Below, piece after piece: positions 35,941 through 45,417 of a stretch of DNA of 64,000 nucleotides; positions within the stretch are counted from its first letter, which is position 1; each line of letters starts with the position of its first letter. This stretch comes from Candidatus Sungiibacteriota bacterium (GTDB lineage: Bacteria > Patescibacteriota > Minisyncoccia > Sungbacterales > JACQCQ01). Where the stretch lies: contig JACQCQ010000002.1 in assembly GCA_016201505.1 (NCBI GenBank), positions 12,750-76,749 on the forward strand. The letters are read 5' to 3'. The position numbers were made by a program, and so were the translations under genes. A model generated the notes under the pieces. That model ran no database searches, was not told the origin of the DNA, and saw only the letters and a program-made list of their open reading frames with translations.

Positions 35941-36717
35941 ATGAAAAAAATTAAATTCGGTCTCATCGCCGCTGGCGCTCTGTTTGGCCTCTCTGCATCA
36001 ATCGCCTGGGCTCATACCGTGGACCAAGATATAACAGTTGTGCTTCCATCAGACGGCTCAAGTTATATCCTTCAGGCCGGCTCGTCATACGATACATTTG
36101 ATATGAGTTTGGGAACATTTACCTTCACGATGTCATCAGGTGAAACGATGACACTTTCCTCATCTGACCGCAAAAACTTCAACAACTCAGGCGGAGTGAC
36201 ATCTTGCTATGCCGGGTATTCCAAGCTTGTTATTTCACCTTCATCAAGCGTCACAGTAACCGCGAGTCCATCTGGGACCTGTTCAAGCAATTCAAGCACG
36301 AGCTCTTCAGGCAGCGGCAATGGACCCATAGGCGGCGGTGTAGGAGGATCGTATCAGCCTATGACAGTGAGCACGTCGCCGGCATCAGCCAGCTCAAATC
36401 TATCTAGTCTCCAGTCCCAGCTCGCAACGCTTCTGGCCCAAGCGACGAAACTGAAAGGATCCACAAGTGTTTCAGGCTCAATCTCTTCGCCTCTGCGCTT
36501 TAGTTCGCAAGGGAAACAGGTCACGCTCCTTCAGCAGATTCTGGCGAAAGACGCCTCAATCTATCCGGAAGGAACGATTTCTGGTTACTTCGGCGTTAAA
36601 ACCCTGGCTGCGCTTAAGAGATTCCAGGTAAAATACGGTATTGCCAATCCGGGCGATCCGGGGTATGGATCAGTCGGACCCAAAACCAGGGCCAAATTAA
36701 ACTCGATGATGCCCTAA
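35941..36717 (+). CDS. Secreted Ser-rich protein with a C-terminal PG_binding_1-like domain
   Basis: Signal peptide. C-terminal GKQVTLLQQILAKDASIYPEGTISGYFGVKTLAALKRFQ is paralogous to the domains in the 31660 and 36796 genes. Confidence 0.6.
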   Translation: MKKIKFGLIAAGALFGLSASIAWAHTVDQDITVVLPSDGSSYILQAGSSYDTFDMSLGTFTFTMSSGETMTLSSSDRKNFNNSGGVTSCYAGYSKLVISPSSSVTVTASPSGTCSSNSSTSSSGSGNGPIGGGVGGSYQPMTVSTSPASASSNLSSLQSQLATLLAQATKLKGSTSVSGSISSPLRFSSQGKQVTLLQQILAKDASIYPEGTISGYFGVKTLAALKRFQVKYGIANPGDPGYGSVGPKTRAKLNSMMP

Positions 36718-36760
36718 ACAAAAAATCCCCTCGCATTTGCGAGGGGATTTTTTGTTTTCT
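36717..36760 (+). terminator. Strong rho-independent terminator (AAAAAATCCCCTCGCA tt TGCGAGGGGATTTTTT + GTTTT)
   Basis: Seen directly. Confidence 0.65.
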
Positions 36761-36795
36761 CGACAAGCCGTTTTAGAACCCAGTATACTTAAGTC

Positions 36796-37944
36796 ATGAA
36801 GAAGCTATTACTTGGCGCCGCTCTCTTTTTATTACCCGTTACAGTTTTCGCTGACTCCGTTACTAAAGACTTAAGACTCGGCTCGAAGGGGGCAGAGGTA
36901 ACTATTCTGCAGACCTTTCTAGCTGAAGATGCCACTCTGTATCCAGAAGCCATAGTAACCGGTTATTTTGGTTTAAAAACACAGGCAGCAGTAAAGCGAT
37001 TTCAAAAACGGGAAAGTATCACGCCCGCATCCGGCATCGTCGGTCCGAAAACGAGAGCCCGACTTAACCAACTGATTTCCGGTACTGCAGATGGGAGCCG
37101 AACAAACATAACGTCTTTACAAGCCCAGCTTCAGGCACTCCAGCGCGTACTTCAGGTATTAATTTCAGCCTCATCTTCGCAGGCCACATCAAGCGTATCT
37201 CAAGACACGACCCCGCCGCGTTTTATTTCTGGTCCCGCCGTAACATTTGGGACAATATCAACTTCGTCGCCGTTTGGCGCCCAGGCCCCGATCCAAGTTT
37301 CGATTGACTGGAAAACCGATGAGCCCTCGGCACCCACGGGATTTGGCTGCAATCCCTTGCTCGCCCAATCAGGCTTTGGGCTTCAAGCCCTCTATTATGC
37401 CGGACATGCGGGACCGCACCAATGCGTTCTCCAAGTAAAAGATGCCGCCGGCAACAAGGCTTCGGCGAGTTTTAGTTTTGCCGCTCCCAGCTGGTTTTCC
37501 GTTTCGGGATCAAGCACGGCGGCATTCTATGACGCTCAAAAAATTGGCGACGTCGTCATTGTAAATAACGCCACGACTTCCCAGATCATTTATAAGGTCA
37601 ATATTAATTTAGATGAGGCGTTAAATGATACGAATGCTCGGGGAGCGAAGTTCAATCTGTATCTGCGAAACGGGACAACGACCTACGATACCGTCTTAAC
37701 TAAAACAGAAGTTACGCTCGCGGGCCGTGACCCCTATCCTATCGGTACCTTCAACAGCCAGATTATTACGATGTATGCGGGTCTTGCGGTTGCCTCGGGC
37801 GAGACGAAAACTCTCTCTCTTTGGTATGATGCACTTCCCGGGCCCAGATATGCCGGCAGTTATATGCGCCTAACCGTTTACTCTGTGCTCGGGTTACCGG
37901 ATCAGGCGTCAGTCGGCAACGCAACATTCTCGTTCCTGCAATAA
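36796..37944 (+). CDS. Secreted protein with an N-terminal PG_binding_1-like domain and a beta-rich C-terminal region
   Basis: Signal peptide. GSKGAEVTILQTFLAEDATLYPEAIVTGYFGLKTQAAVKRFQ. Confidence 0.6.
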   Translation: MKKLLLGAALFLLPVTVFADSVTKDLRLGSKGAEVTILQTFLAEDATLYPEAIVTGYFGLKTQAAVKRFQKRESITPASGIVGPKTRARLNQLISGTADGSRTNITSLQAQLQALQRVLQVLISASSSQATSSVSQDTTPPRFISGPAVTFGTISTSSPFGAQAPIQVSIDWKTDEPSAPTGFGCNPLLAQSGFGLQALYYAGHAGPHQCVLQVKDAAGNKASASFSFAAPSWFSVSGSSTAAFYDAQKIGDVVIVNNATTSQIIYKVNINLDEALNDTNARGAKFNLYLRNGTTTYDTVLTKTEVTLAGRDPYPIGTFNSQIITMYAGLAVASGETKTLSLWYDALPGPRYAGSYMRLTVYSVLGLPDQASVGNATFSFLQ

Positions 37945-37977
37945 AACGAGCCCTTATCCCTCCTCGGCTGTTTCGAT

Positions 37978-38754
37978 TTGACGTTTAAATCCGATAGGAA
38001 GGCAAAAGACATGGACGATTTTTCCCCGAAATTAAAAACTATGCGGCCGGAGTTTATTGGTTTTGCGCTAATGGCGGCCTTGATATTGGCAGTGCTTGGC
38101 GGACGCATCTATTGGGATCAAACGCACAAAATAAAATCTAAAAATTTCGGCAACCTGCCGCCTTATATCGGACGGGATCTGCGTGAATGGAAGATTGATC
38201 CGAAAGAAGTCGCAGTTTTTTCCTCCGAGCAGCTAAGCCAGTTGCATCAAAAACTGCTGGATGCTGCGGGGTCGATTGATGTCAATGCCGATCAGCTTGA
38301 TCCCTGGATTATCGCGGGGCTGATGAAACATGAAATCGGCGATAACCAAGGCGCCCGCGACGCCTGGGAGTATGCCAGTCTGATTCGGCCGAAAAACATT
38401 GTTTCGTTCATTAATTTGGGGGACCTCTACTTTCATGATCTGCCGAATTTTCCGAGAGCCGAGCTGATGTATAAAACAGCCATCCAAAACGATGCGAAAG
38501 TTATCCGGGATTATGTTTCGCTTTCCGATCTGTATCGGTATAGTTATCAAAGTGCCGGCATTAATCCGGCAGCGCCCCTGCTCGAAGGGCTTCAAAAAAA
38601 TCCCAATAACGAGGATCTGACCTCGTATGCAGCAGAATATTATGAAGAAATTGGAAATAAAACCGAGGCCATTTTCTATTTTAGAAAACTTATGCAAATT
38701 GATCCGGCTAAATCGAGCGACGTTGAGCAAACGTTAAAAAGCCTTGGCGCCTGA
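37978..38754 (+). CDS. Membrane-anchored TPR-like repeat protein
   Basis: N-terminal TM. Helical-repeat composition (W/Y/L-rich 34-residue periodicity). Weak assignment. Confidence 0.4.
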   Translation: MTFKSDRKAKDMDDFSPKLKTMRPEFIGFALMAALILAVLGGRIYWDQTHKIKSKNFGNLPPYIGRDLREWKIDPKEVAVFSSEQLSQLHQKLLDAAGSIDVNADQLDPWIIAGLMKHEIGDNQGARDAWEYASLIRPKNIVSFINLGDLYFHDLPNFPRAELMYKTAIQNDAKVIRDYVSLSDLYRYSYQSAGINPAAPLLEGLQKNPNNEDLTSYAAEYYEEIGNKTEAIFYFRKLMQIDPAKSSDVEQTLKSLGA

Positions 38755-40267
38755 AATGGATATAGCCAAAACAGACTGGAGACGCGGCGGCCTCTATGTC
38801 TGGTTTCTTTTGTTTTCTTTTCCCAGCGCCGCACTGGCTGGATCAGTCGCGATCAACGAAGTTCTCTTCGATCCAGCCGGCAGCGATACCGGCCAAGAGA
38901 TAATTGAATTTTATAATGCCGGTTCGGATGACGTGGACCTGTCTGGCTGGCAAGTCTATCCCGATGGCATCGGCTATTTTATCTTCCCCAGCGGCGCTAA
39001 CATTGCCGCCCATTCGTTTTTGACGCTTAATTTGCGAAAAGACGGCCTAAATACCGCCAGCACTTATTTTTTTCCTGGAGCGACCGCCAATATGGGCAAC
39101 AGCTCCGGCTCCGCGGCTTTGTTTACGGCGGGTGATCGTACCAAGGATACGATTCGCACCTTTGTCCGATACCAGAAACCGGGAAGCGCCGAGCGCAAGA
39201 CTTGGGAGTCGACTGCGGCTGACGCCGGACTTTGGACCGTCGGCCAGTATGTCGATATCTCGAATTTCAGCGAAGGCGGGTCGATTGGACTTGTCAGCGA
39301 TGGGGCGGCTATGGGCGCCTCTGCCTGGAAAATTTATGCCGCTCCGACCGTTGGACAAACAAATTCTGCAGCCGGCGGATCTGATGATTCCGGTCCGCAA
39401 AATAGCGACGGGTCCTCAACTCCTGAATCAACCGCGCCTCAATTTTCAGTTGCTCCGCTGTATACGGTTCCTCGGCTGGATGTTTCCATTACCGCTGAAT
39501 CGAACGGCATCATCGGAGCGCCCCACACCTTTCTTGGCAAGGCGTGGTTAAATAAAAAACCGGTGACTGATCACGTGAGATTCCTCTGGAACTTTGATGA
39601 CGGTGCGGTGATGGAGGGTCCGGGTGTATCGCACACGTTTGCATTTCCGGGAGTTTATACGGTTTCATTATCCGTCAATTCGGAAGAGGCTGTTGGGTCG
39701 GAAAATCAGGATGTGAGCATTACTGAAAATCATATAGCTCTCGCCAACGTCGAGCCGGGTGCCGACGGTTTTGTTTCACTCATAAATCATTCGGCAGTCG
39801 AGGTCGATCTATCCGGCTGGATGCTCAAAGGAAAATCAAATACGCAGTTCACCTTGCCCAAAAATACTTTCATCCGCCAAAATAGGACGCTAATTTTGCC
39901 GAATAAAACGACGGGCCTCGATGCCGAGTCAATCCAAGATCTGGCGTTTTTCTACCCAAACGGCGTAATAGTTTCAGCAGAGCCAGCCTTCTCGATCGGA
40001 CAGCACAGCGTCGCCATTGCATCTTTAGCGGATTCCGGATCGAGCGTTCGAGCAATCAATACATCTTCGAGAAGTCTGGAAGATCCAAGAAACAAGGCCG
40101 ATTTAGCCAGCGTTGCAGGAGACAGGGGTGTTCAGGCCGCGGCCACATCGTCGCTCGCCGCCATAGGTTTAAAAGAAAGACTGCGGCTGGGGTTTCTCGT
40201 AGGGGGTATGCTGCTTGCGCTGCTTAGCGGTTTCGGCGCCGTTTTTCTGCGCCGCGTCATCTCATAA
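38744..40267 (+). CDS. Surface protein with two lamin-tail domains and a PKD domain, plus a C-terminal TM anchor
   Basis: LTD signature INEVLFDPAGSDTGQEIIEFYNAGSDDVDLSGWQV. Second LTD-like LANVEPGADGFVSLINHSAVEVDLSGWML. PKD block FLWNFDDGAVMEGPGVSHTFAFPGVYTVSLSV. C-terminal hydrophobic tail. Confidence 0.7.
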   Translation: MAPEMDIAKTDWRRGGLYVWFLLFSFPSAALAGSVAINEVLFDPAGSDTGQEIIEFYNAGSDDVDLSGWQVYPDGIGYFIFPSGANIAAHSFLTLNLRKDGLNTASTYFFPGATANMGNSSGSAALFTAGDRTKDTIRTFVRYQKPGSAERKTWESTAADAGLWTVGQYVDISNFSEGGSIGLVSDGAAMGASAWKIYAAPTVGQTNSAAGGSDDSGPQNSDGSSTPESTAPQFSVAPLYTVPRLDVSITAESNGIIGAPHTFLGKAWLNKKPVTDHVRFLWNFDDGAVMEGPGVSHTFAFPGVYTVSLSVNSEEAVGSENQDVSITENHIALANVEPGADGFVSLINHSAVEVDLSGWMLKGKSNTQFTLPKNTFIRQNRTLILPNKTTGLDAESIQDLAFFYPNGVIVSAEPAFSIGQHSVAIASLADSGSSVRAINTSSRSLEDPRNKADLASVAGDRGVQAAATSSLAAIGLKERLRLGFLVGGMLLALLSGFGAVFLRRVIS

Positions 40268-42529
40268 ATGAATACTAGAGCCACAATTTACGTATTTTCA
40301 ACTGCCTTTTGGCCGCTCGTCGGCGGAGCTGAAATCGCAGCCGAAGAGGTCATTAGACGACTCGAAGACTCGTTTGATTTTGTCGTGATTACGGGCCGCC
40401 TGAAAAAAAATTTAAAAAAAGAAGAAGTGCGTGGCGGCTGCACCATTCTTCGCATCGGCTTCGGCAATGCCTTCGATAAAATTTTACTTCCCGTTCTAGG
40501 ACCTTTCATCGTCCATCAAACGGACAAAAAGCGTCCCGCCCAACTTTTTTGGCCGGTGATGGTGTCATTTGCCTCGGGCATTCCTTACATTTTTAATATT
40601 TTATTTAAACGTCATATTCCCATTGTTTTGACGCTCCAGGAAGGCGATCCCGAATCACACCTGCGACATTCTCGAGGCGGGCTCATCGGGCTGGCCTGGC
40701 GTATGGCGCTTCGGCGATCATCAGCGGTGACGGCCATCAGTTCATATCTGGCGAGGCTGGCCAAAGGCTTCGGCTACCAAAAAAATGTCCAGCTCATCTC
40801 AAACGGCGTGGATCTGGCGTTGTTTGAGAAGAAATTTTCCACCGTTGAGAATGATGAATTACGAACCTCACTGGAGATACCCGAAGGCGCCAAAATTATT
40901 GTTACGACTTCTCGCTTGGTCAAGAAAAATGGCATTGATATTCTGATTCGGGCTTTTCTGGCTTTGCCCCAAGATCTTAAAGGACAAGCCTATCTTTTGA
41001 TTTTAGGCGACGGTGCTGAAAAAGAGAGTTTAAAGAGACTGGCAACTAACAAACGAATTCTTTTTCTCGGCTCTAGGCCGTATCACGATCTGCCACGGTA
41101 TTTAGCCATTGCCGACGTATTTGTACGTCCCTCGCGCTCCGAAGGCATGGGCAATTCATTTATTGAAGCCATGGCGGCCGGTGTGCCCATCATTGGAACG
41201 CCGGTCGGCGGTATCCCCGAGTTTTTAGTTGATGGGGAGACTGGTCTTTTGGCCGAGCCTGAAAATCCAAACTCAACGGCAGCTGCCATCGGGCGAATTT
41301 TAACTGACACCCGGCTGCGGAATTTGCTTATCGAAGCGGGCAAGAAAAAGGCCCAAGAATATAATTGGCACGATATTAGCGAAAAATACGGGGCAGTGTT
41401 CCTGGCAGAAATGAATAAAAAAAGATCAGTTCTGATTGCAACAGGCATCTTCCCGCCGGCAATCGGCGGGCCGGCGCTGTATGCGTTAGCACTGGCCGAC
41501 TATTTTAAACAGAAAGGCTGGCAGGTCTCGATACTTACCTATGCTCATGGTGATCCAACTGCAGGAGTTCATCGCGTCTCCCTGGAGATCCCAAGCGGCG
41601 TGCGGCATAGCCTGACATTTTTAAAAGCCATCAATCTCGTTTTTAAAGCGGATGCCGTTTTACTGCTGGATCATGCAAGCCTGGGATTTCCTGTCGCTAT
41701 CGCAAGCCGCATTTTGGGAAAACGCTATATCGTCCGCGTGGGCGGTGATTTTCTTTGGGAGGGATTTGTGATGAGCCGCCGAGCGGAGCTTTCCCTCCCG
41801 GATTTCTATCAACGGGCGCCGGATTTATCCTTCAAGGAGCGAATTATTTTTCAGGCGGTGCGTTATACTCTGCAGCATGCCGCAACAGTTGCTTTTAATA
41901 CCGAATGGCAAAAAGATATTTTTATTCGAGCTTATGGCTTAGACCCAACTAAAGTAACAGTCGTGCAAAACGTCTGCCTGGCTCGCCAGGGTGCGGCCCA
42001 AGAGTCAGAGAGAGAATACAGCCGCTTTTTATATGTTGGCCGATTTTTGTTTTTAAAGAATCTCAAAAGAACCATACGTTCATTTATCACAGCGCAAAAA
42101 AAAATGAACAGGCCGTTTATGTTTGAAATCATCGGCGAAGGCCCCGAGGAGGAAGCGCTGAAAACGTTCGTCAAAACTTTACATACCGATCGGGTGGTCT
42201 TTCATGCCTCGATGGCCCAAAAAGATATGTTTGAGAGGCTTGAATCCGCCCGCGCCGCCGCCGTCGCGTCATATTCCGATGTAGCCCCGAACATTATTAC
42301 CGAGTCTTTGGCGCTTGGCACACCGGCCATTCTGACCAAGTATTCAGGCCTGGAAAAGGCGAGAGCAGACGGCGTTTTGCGTGTCGATCCGCTTGATGAA
42401 TCATCCATTGAGGCGGCATTTTTGCGTATGATGGATGACGGCCAGTATGCGGATCTGCGAAAAGCTGTCGCAGTGTCGTCTCCAAGATCTTGGAGCGACG
42501 TGGCAAAAGAGTATGCAGTGCTGCTTTAG
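40268..42529 (+). CDS. Tandem two-module glycosyltransferase (GT4 + GT4)
   Basis: Two Rossmann GT-B halves. EGMGNSFIEAMAAGVPIIGT-type GT4 signature in the first module and a second GT4-like module C-terminally. 753 aa. Confidence 0.75.
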   Translation: MNTRATIYVFSTAFWPLVGGAEIAAEEVIRRLEDSFDFVVITGRLKKNLKKEEVRGGCTILRIGFGNAFDKILLPVLGPFIVHQTDKKRPAQLFWPVMVSFASGIPYIFNILFKRHIPIVLTLQEGDPESHLRHSRGGLIGLAWRMALRRSSAVTAISSYLARLAKGFGYQKNVQLISNGVDLALFEKKFSTVENDELRTSLEIPEGAKIIVTTSRLVKKNGIDILIRAFLALPQDLKGQAYLLILGDGAEKESLKRLATNKRILFLGSRPYHDLPRYLAIADVFVRPSRSEGMGNSFIEAMAAGVPIIGTPVGGIPEFLVDGETGLLAEPENPNSTAAAIGRILTDTRLRNLLIEAGKKKAQEYNWHDISEKYGAVFLAEMNKKRSVLIATGIFPPAIGGPALYALALADYFKQKGWQVSILTYAHGDPTAGVHRVSLEIPSGVRHSLTFLKAINLVFKADAVLLLDHASLGFPVAIASRILGKRYIVRVGGDFLWEGFVMSRRAELSLPDFYQRAPDLSFKERIIFQAVRYTLQHAATVAFNTEWQKDIFIRAYGLDPTKVTVVQNVCLARQGAAQESEREYSRFLYVGRFLFLKNLKRTIRSFITAQKKMNRPFMFEIIGEGPEEEALKTFVKTLHTDRVVFHASMAQKDMFERLESARAAAVASYSDVAPNIITESLALGTPAILTKYSGLEKARADGVLRVDPLDESSIEAAFLRMMDDGQYADLRKAVAVSSPRSWSDVAKEYAVLL

Positions 42530-44308
42530 CTAGTTAATTTTCTTGAAGCGCACGAGATAGGCCGTCGCCAGCCACTTAAGTTCATTGCGTTCGTTACGTT
42601 TGAGCCGGTCTGCGATTATATTTGTGAGTCCGGGCAAAAGTTTATCTAGCGGGAAGGGTAAGATCCTAAAGTTATATCCGACCAGATCTTGAATTTCAAA
42701 GTTAGTCGATGCGGCGAGTCGCCGTATTTCTTTTTCTTTGTATTCTCGGTGCGTTAGGGGGTGTACTTCTTTGCCTAAAAGTCGTTTCAGCCCGCGCCAG
42801 GTGAAGCCAAAAATAAAAACCAGAATTCGATTCCAAACGCGCCAGGGGCTCCAATAATTGGGGAATGAGATGATAGCTTGGCCGTTGATATCGAGTACGC
42901 GATGTAGCTCCCGCATGGCACTCGCATCCTCCTTTAAATATTCGAGCACGCCAAGCGCCGTTGCCATATTAAATGCATTGGCGGAAAATCGCAGATGCTG
43001 AATATCGCCGACTTCAGCCGCAAGCCTGGGGCTTTGGAAACGTTTCTTTAAAAGTTCGGTCATGCCGGGGGCTAAGTCAACTGCAGTCACTGAAGCTTTC
43101 TGGTCGAGCAATTCTCCTATGATGACGCCGGGGCCGGACCCAACATCGAGAACGCGTTTTCCCCGCGTGTTTCCGAGCATCTGGAGCGTGAGACGTTTCC
43201 GCTCGCGAAATGAATAGCCTTCGGGCGTAGCACGGCTATATTCTTTCAGATATGGGTCAGCCGTTTCATGGAAAAATTCTTCCGGTCGCTTATGCTCGGC
43301 GCGAAAGATATTGACGAGGTTAACCAGTCTCGCTCGGAGGCCGCTCGCGGTCAGCCGGAAAAAGCGCATGTCATCAGTCGCATCCATGGTAATTCGTTTG
43401 ATCGCGTATGGATCGTCAATAGTATTAAATGATCCCGGGACAGTCGTGAGTCCATAATGAAGTCCTGCCGCCTTAAGAGTTTCGATAATTGAGACCGTGA
43501 TATCGCGCGGCTGGCCATTGGGGTAGGCGAATACGGGAATATACTGGCTGCATTTTTGTTTGATGATGTCATTTGATTCATTAATTTCAATACGCGCTTC
43601 ATCTGGCGAGATGTGTGATAAAATCGGGTGAGTTTTGGTGTGCGGGGCAAAATGTATCAGACCTGAGGCCTCCATTTCGCGTATGTAGTCCCAGGCCAGT
43701 CCTTCGTATGGCGAACCCTCCAGTCTAAGTTTTGTTTCAGACTGATTTTCAACCTCCAAAATTAACTTCTCCTTTTCTTCTCCATTAATTTGTTTGCAGT
43801 ACGTTCTTAGAAAATCATCAGCTTTTTCTTTCTCTTCCCGCGATCTGATGGGGAACCTCCTAGATTTGCCGTCAATGGTTAAATCAATTGTATCTTTTTT
43901 TGCGTGTCCGATGGCATATTCTATTCTATCAACCCAGAGTGGAGACTCGTTCCCAACCAGCGCGGTTGTAAGAAATACGGTTGCGGGAGTGTTAAGTCGC
44001 TTTAAGATAGGAAAAGCCTCGGTGTAATTATTTACATACCCGTCGTCGAACGTAATGGCCAGCCGACGGCCGGGATCCGCCGTTTCCAGCAGGGAGTTTA
44101 ACGGTACAATGGTATAAAAGCGCCAAAGCCAGCGAAGCTGATTCTCAAAATTCCTGGGCTGGATAAATTTTTTCCGGTAGTTAAAAATGCCTGACCCCGT
44201 ATCCGAGGAAACACCGTGATAGACCAAAATTGTGCGGCTGCCGGCCGCGGCGAGAGCCCAGCGCCAAAAACCCAGGAAATCCAGCAGGAAAAAGGCGATT
44301 TTTTTCAT
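42530..44308 (-). CDS. Bifunctional polysaccharide deacetylase (CE4/NodB) and class I SAM-methyltransferase
   Basis: N-terminal ITFDDGYVNNYTEAFPIL...HTKTHPIL (NodB motifs). C-terminal VLDVGSGPGVIIGELL...VTAVDLAP SAM-binding motif. Confidence 0.75.
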   Translation of the reverse strand: MKKIAFFLLDFLGFWRWALAAAGSRTILVYHGVSSDTGSGIFNYRKKFIQPRNFENQLRWLWRFYTIVPLNSLLETADPGRRLAITFDDGYVNNYTEAFPILKRLNTPATVFLTTALVGNESPLWVDRIEYAIGHAKKDTIDLTIDGKSRRFPIRSREEKEKADDFLRTYCKQINGEEKEKLILEVENQSETKLRLEGSPYEGLAWDYIREMEASGLIHFAPHTKTHPILSHISPDEARIEINESNDIIKQKCSQYIPVFAYPNGQPRDITVSIIETLKAAGLHYGLTTVPGSFNTIDDPYAIKRITMDATDDMRFFRLTASGLRARLVNLVNIFRAEHKRPEEFFHETADPYLKEYSRATPEGYSFRERKRLTLQMLGNTRGKRVLDVGSGPGVIIGELLDQKASVTAVDLAPGMTELLKKRFQSPRLAAEVGDIQHLRFSANAFNMATALGVLEYLKEDASAMRELHRVLDINGQAIISFPNYWSPWRVWNRILVFIFGFTWRGLKRLLGKEVHPLTHREYKEKEIRRLAASTNFEIQDLVGYNFRILPFPLDKLLPGLTNIIADRLKRNERNELKWLATAYLVRFKKIN

Positions 44309-44310
44309 TG

Positions 44311-45417
44311 ATGCATCATAGCAACGCGCTACTTACCGGTCAAAAGAAAAATGTTTTATCCATCGGCACCGATGAGAAAATTTTTGATCCCGCTTCCTCT
44401 GTGCGCCGCCGCGTCAGGCGCTACGCCCAAGGATTTAATTCATTTCATATAATCTGCAAGACGAGAAAAAAGTTTCCGGTGGAGAAATTCGAAAATATTA
44501 CGCTTTATTCGGTCAGTCCCCGATTCCGTCCTATGTTTTTTGGGCAGATGTATGCGGTGGGAAAAGGTATTCTTCGGTCGTCTTCACAGTGGGTCATAAC
44601 CGCCGAGGATCCCTTCGAGACCGGTCTTGCCGGCTGGCTGCTCGCGCAGAAATTTGGCATTCACCTCCAGGTTCAAGTCCATACTGATATTTTCTCGCCC
44701 TATTTCCGTCGACATTCTTTGGCTAATTATATTCGTTATCTCATAGCCCTTTTCGTCCTACCGCGAGCCAACTGTATTCGAGTCGTTTCGGCCCGCATTG
44801 GGAATAGCCTCGAGGCTATCGGGATTTCACCTCGAAAGATCACCATTTTACCGATTTGGAATGTTTTCTCGTCTGAATTTCCTCATAAAAAAGTTACGGA
44901 TGATATTTTTACGGTTTTATTTGTCGGCCGTCTCGAAAAAGAAAAAGGTGGAGAGGTGGCGCTCGAAGCCTTCAATCATTTTCTTAGTCTCGGCGGGAAA
45001 GGGAAGCTCATATTCGTTGGCGCGGGTGGGGAGGAGGAATACTTACGGGAAAAAGCCAAGTCTTTGTCCACTTCGGTCCAATTTGCCGGCTGGCAATATG
45101 ATGTTCTGCCGTACTATTTAAAAGCCGATGCGCTGTTATCTACTTCTTTCTACGACGGTTGGGGAATGGCTGCGGCCGACGCCGTTTCACTCGGCGTGCC
45201 AGTCGTTATGACGGACGTCGGCCTGGCGGGGGAGGCCGTGATTGATGGCGTAAATGGGTTCGTGCGGCCGGTCGGGGACATTACAGGTCTTGGTGAGGCA
45301 CTTTTTCGCATATACCAAGACCCTAAGATTCTTCCCATGAATCATTCAAAAATTTCTTCGATTCAATCTTTTGAGGAATATGCCGCCCAATACCAAGAAC
45401 TTCTTCGCTCCAGCTAG
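44311..45417 (+). CDS. GT4-family glycosyltransferase
   Basis: C-terminal DGWGMAAADAVSLGVPVVMTDVGLAGE GT4 signature. ATG at 44311 avoids overlap with the convergent gene. Confidence 0.75.
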   Translation: MHHSNALLTGQKKNVLSIGTDEKIFDPASSVRRRVRRYAQGFNSFHIICKTRKKFPVEKFENITLYSVSPRFRPMFFGQMYAVGKGILRSSSQWVITAEDPFETGLAGWLLAQKFGIHLQVQVHTDIFSPYFRRHSLANYIRYLIALFVLPRANCIRVVSARIGNSLEAIGISPRKITILPIWNVFSSEFPHKKVTDDIFTVLFVGRLEKEKGGEVALEAFNHFLSLGGKGKLIFVGAGGEEEYLREKAKSLSTSVQFAGWQYDVLPYYLKADALLSTSFYDGWGMAAADAVSLGVPVVMTDVGLAGEAVIDGVNGFVRPVGDITGLGEALFRIYQDPKILPMNHSKISSIQSFEEYAAQYQELLRSS

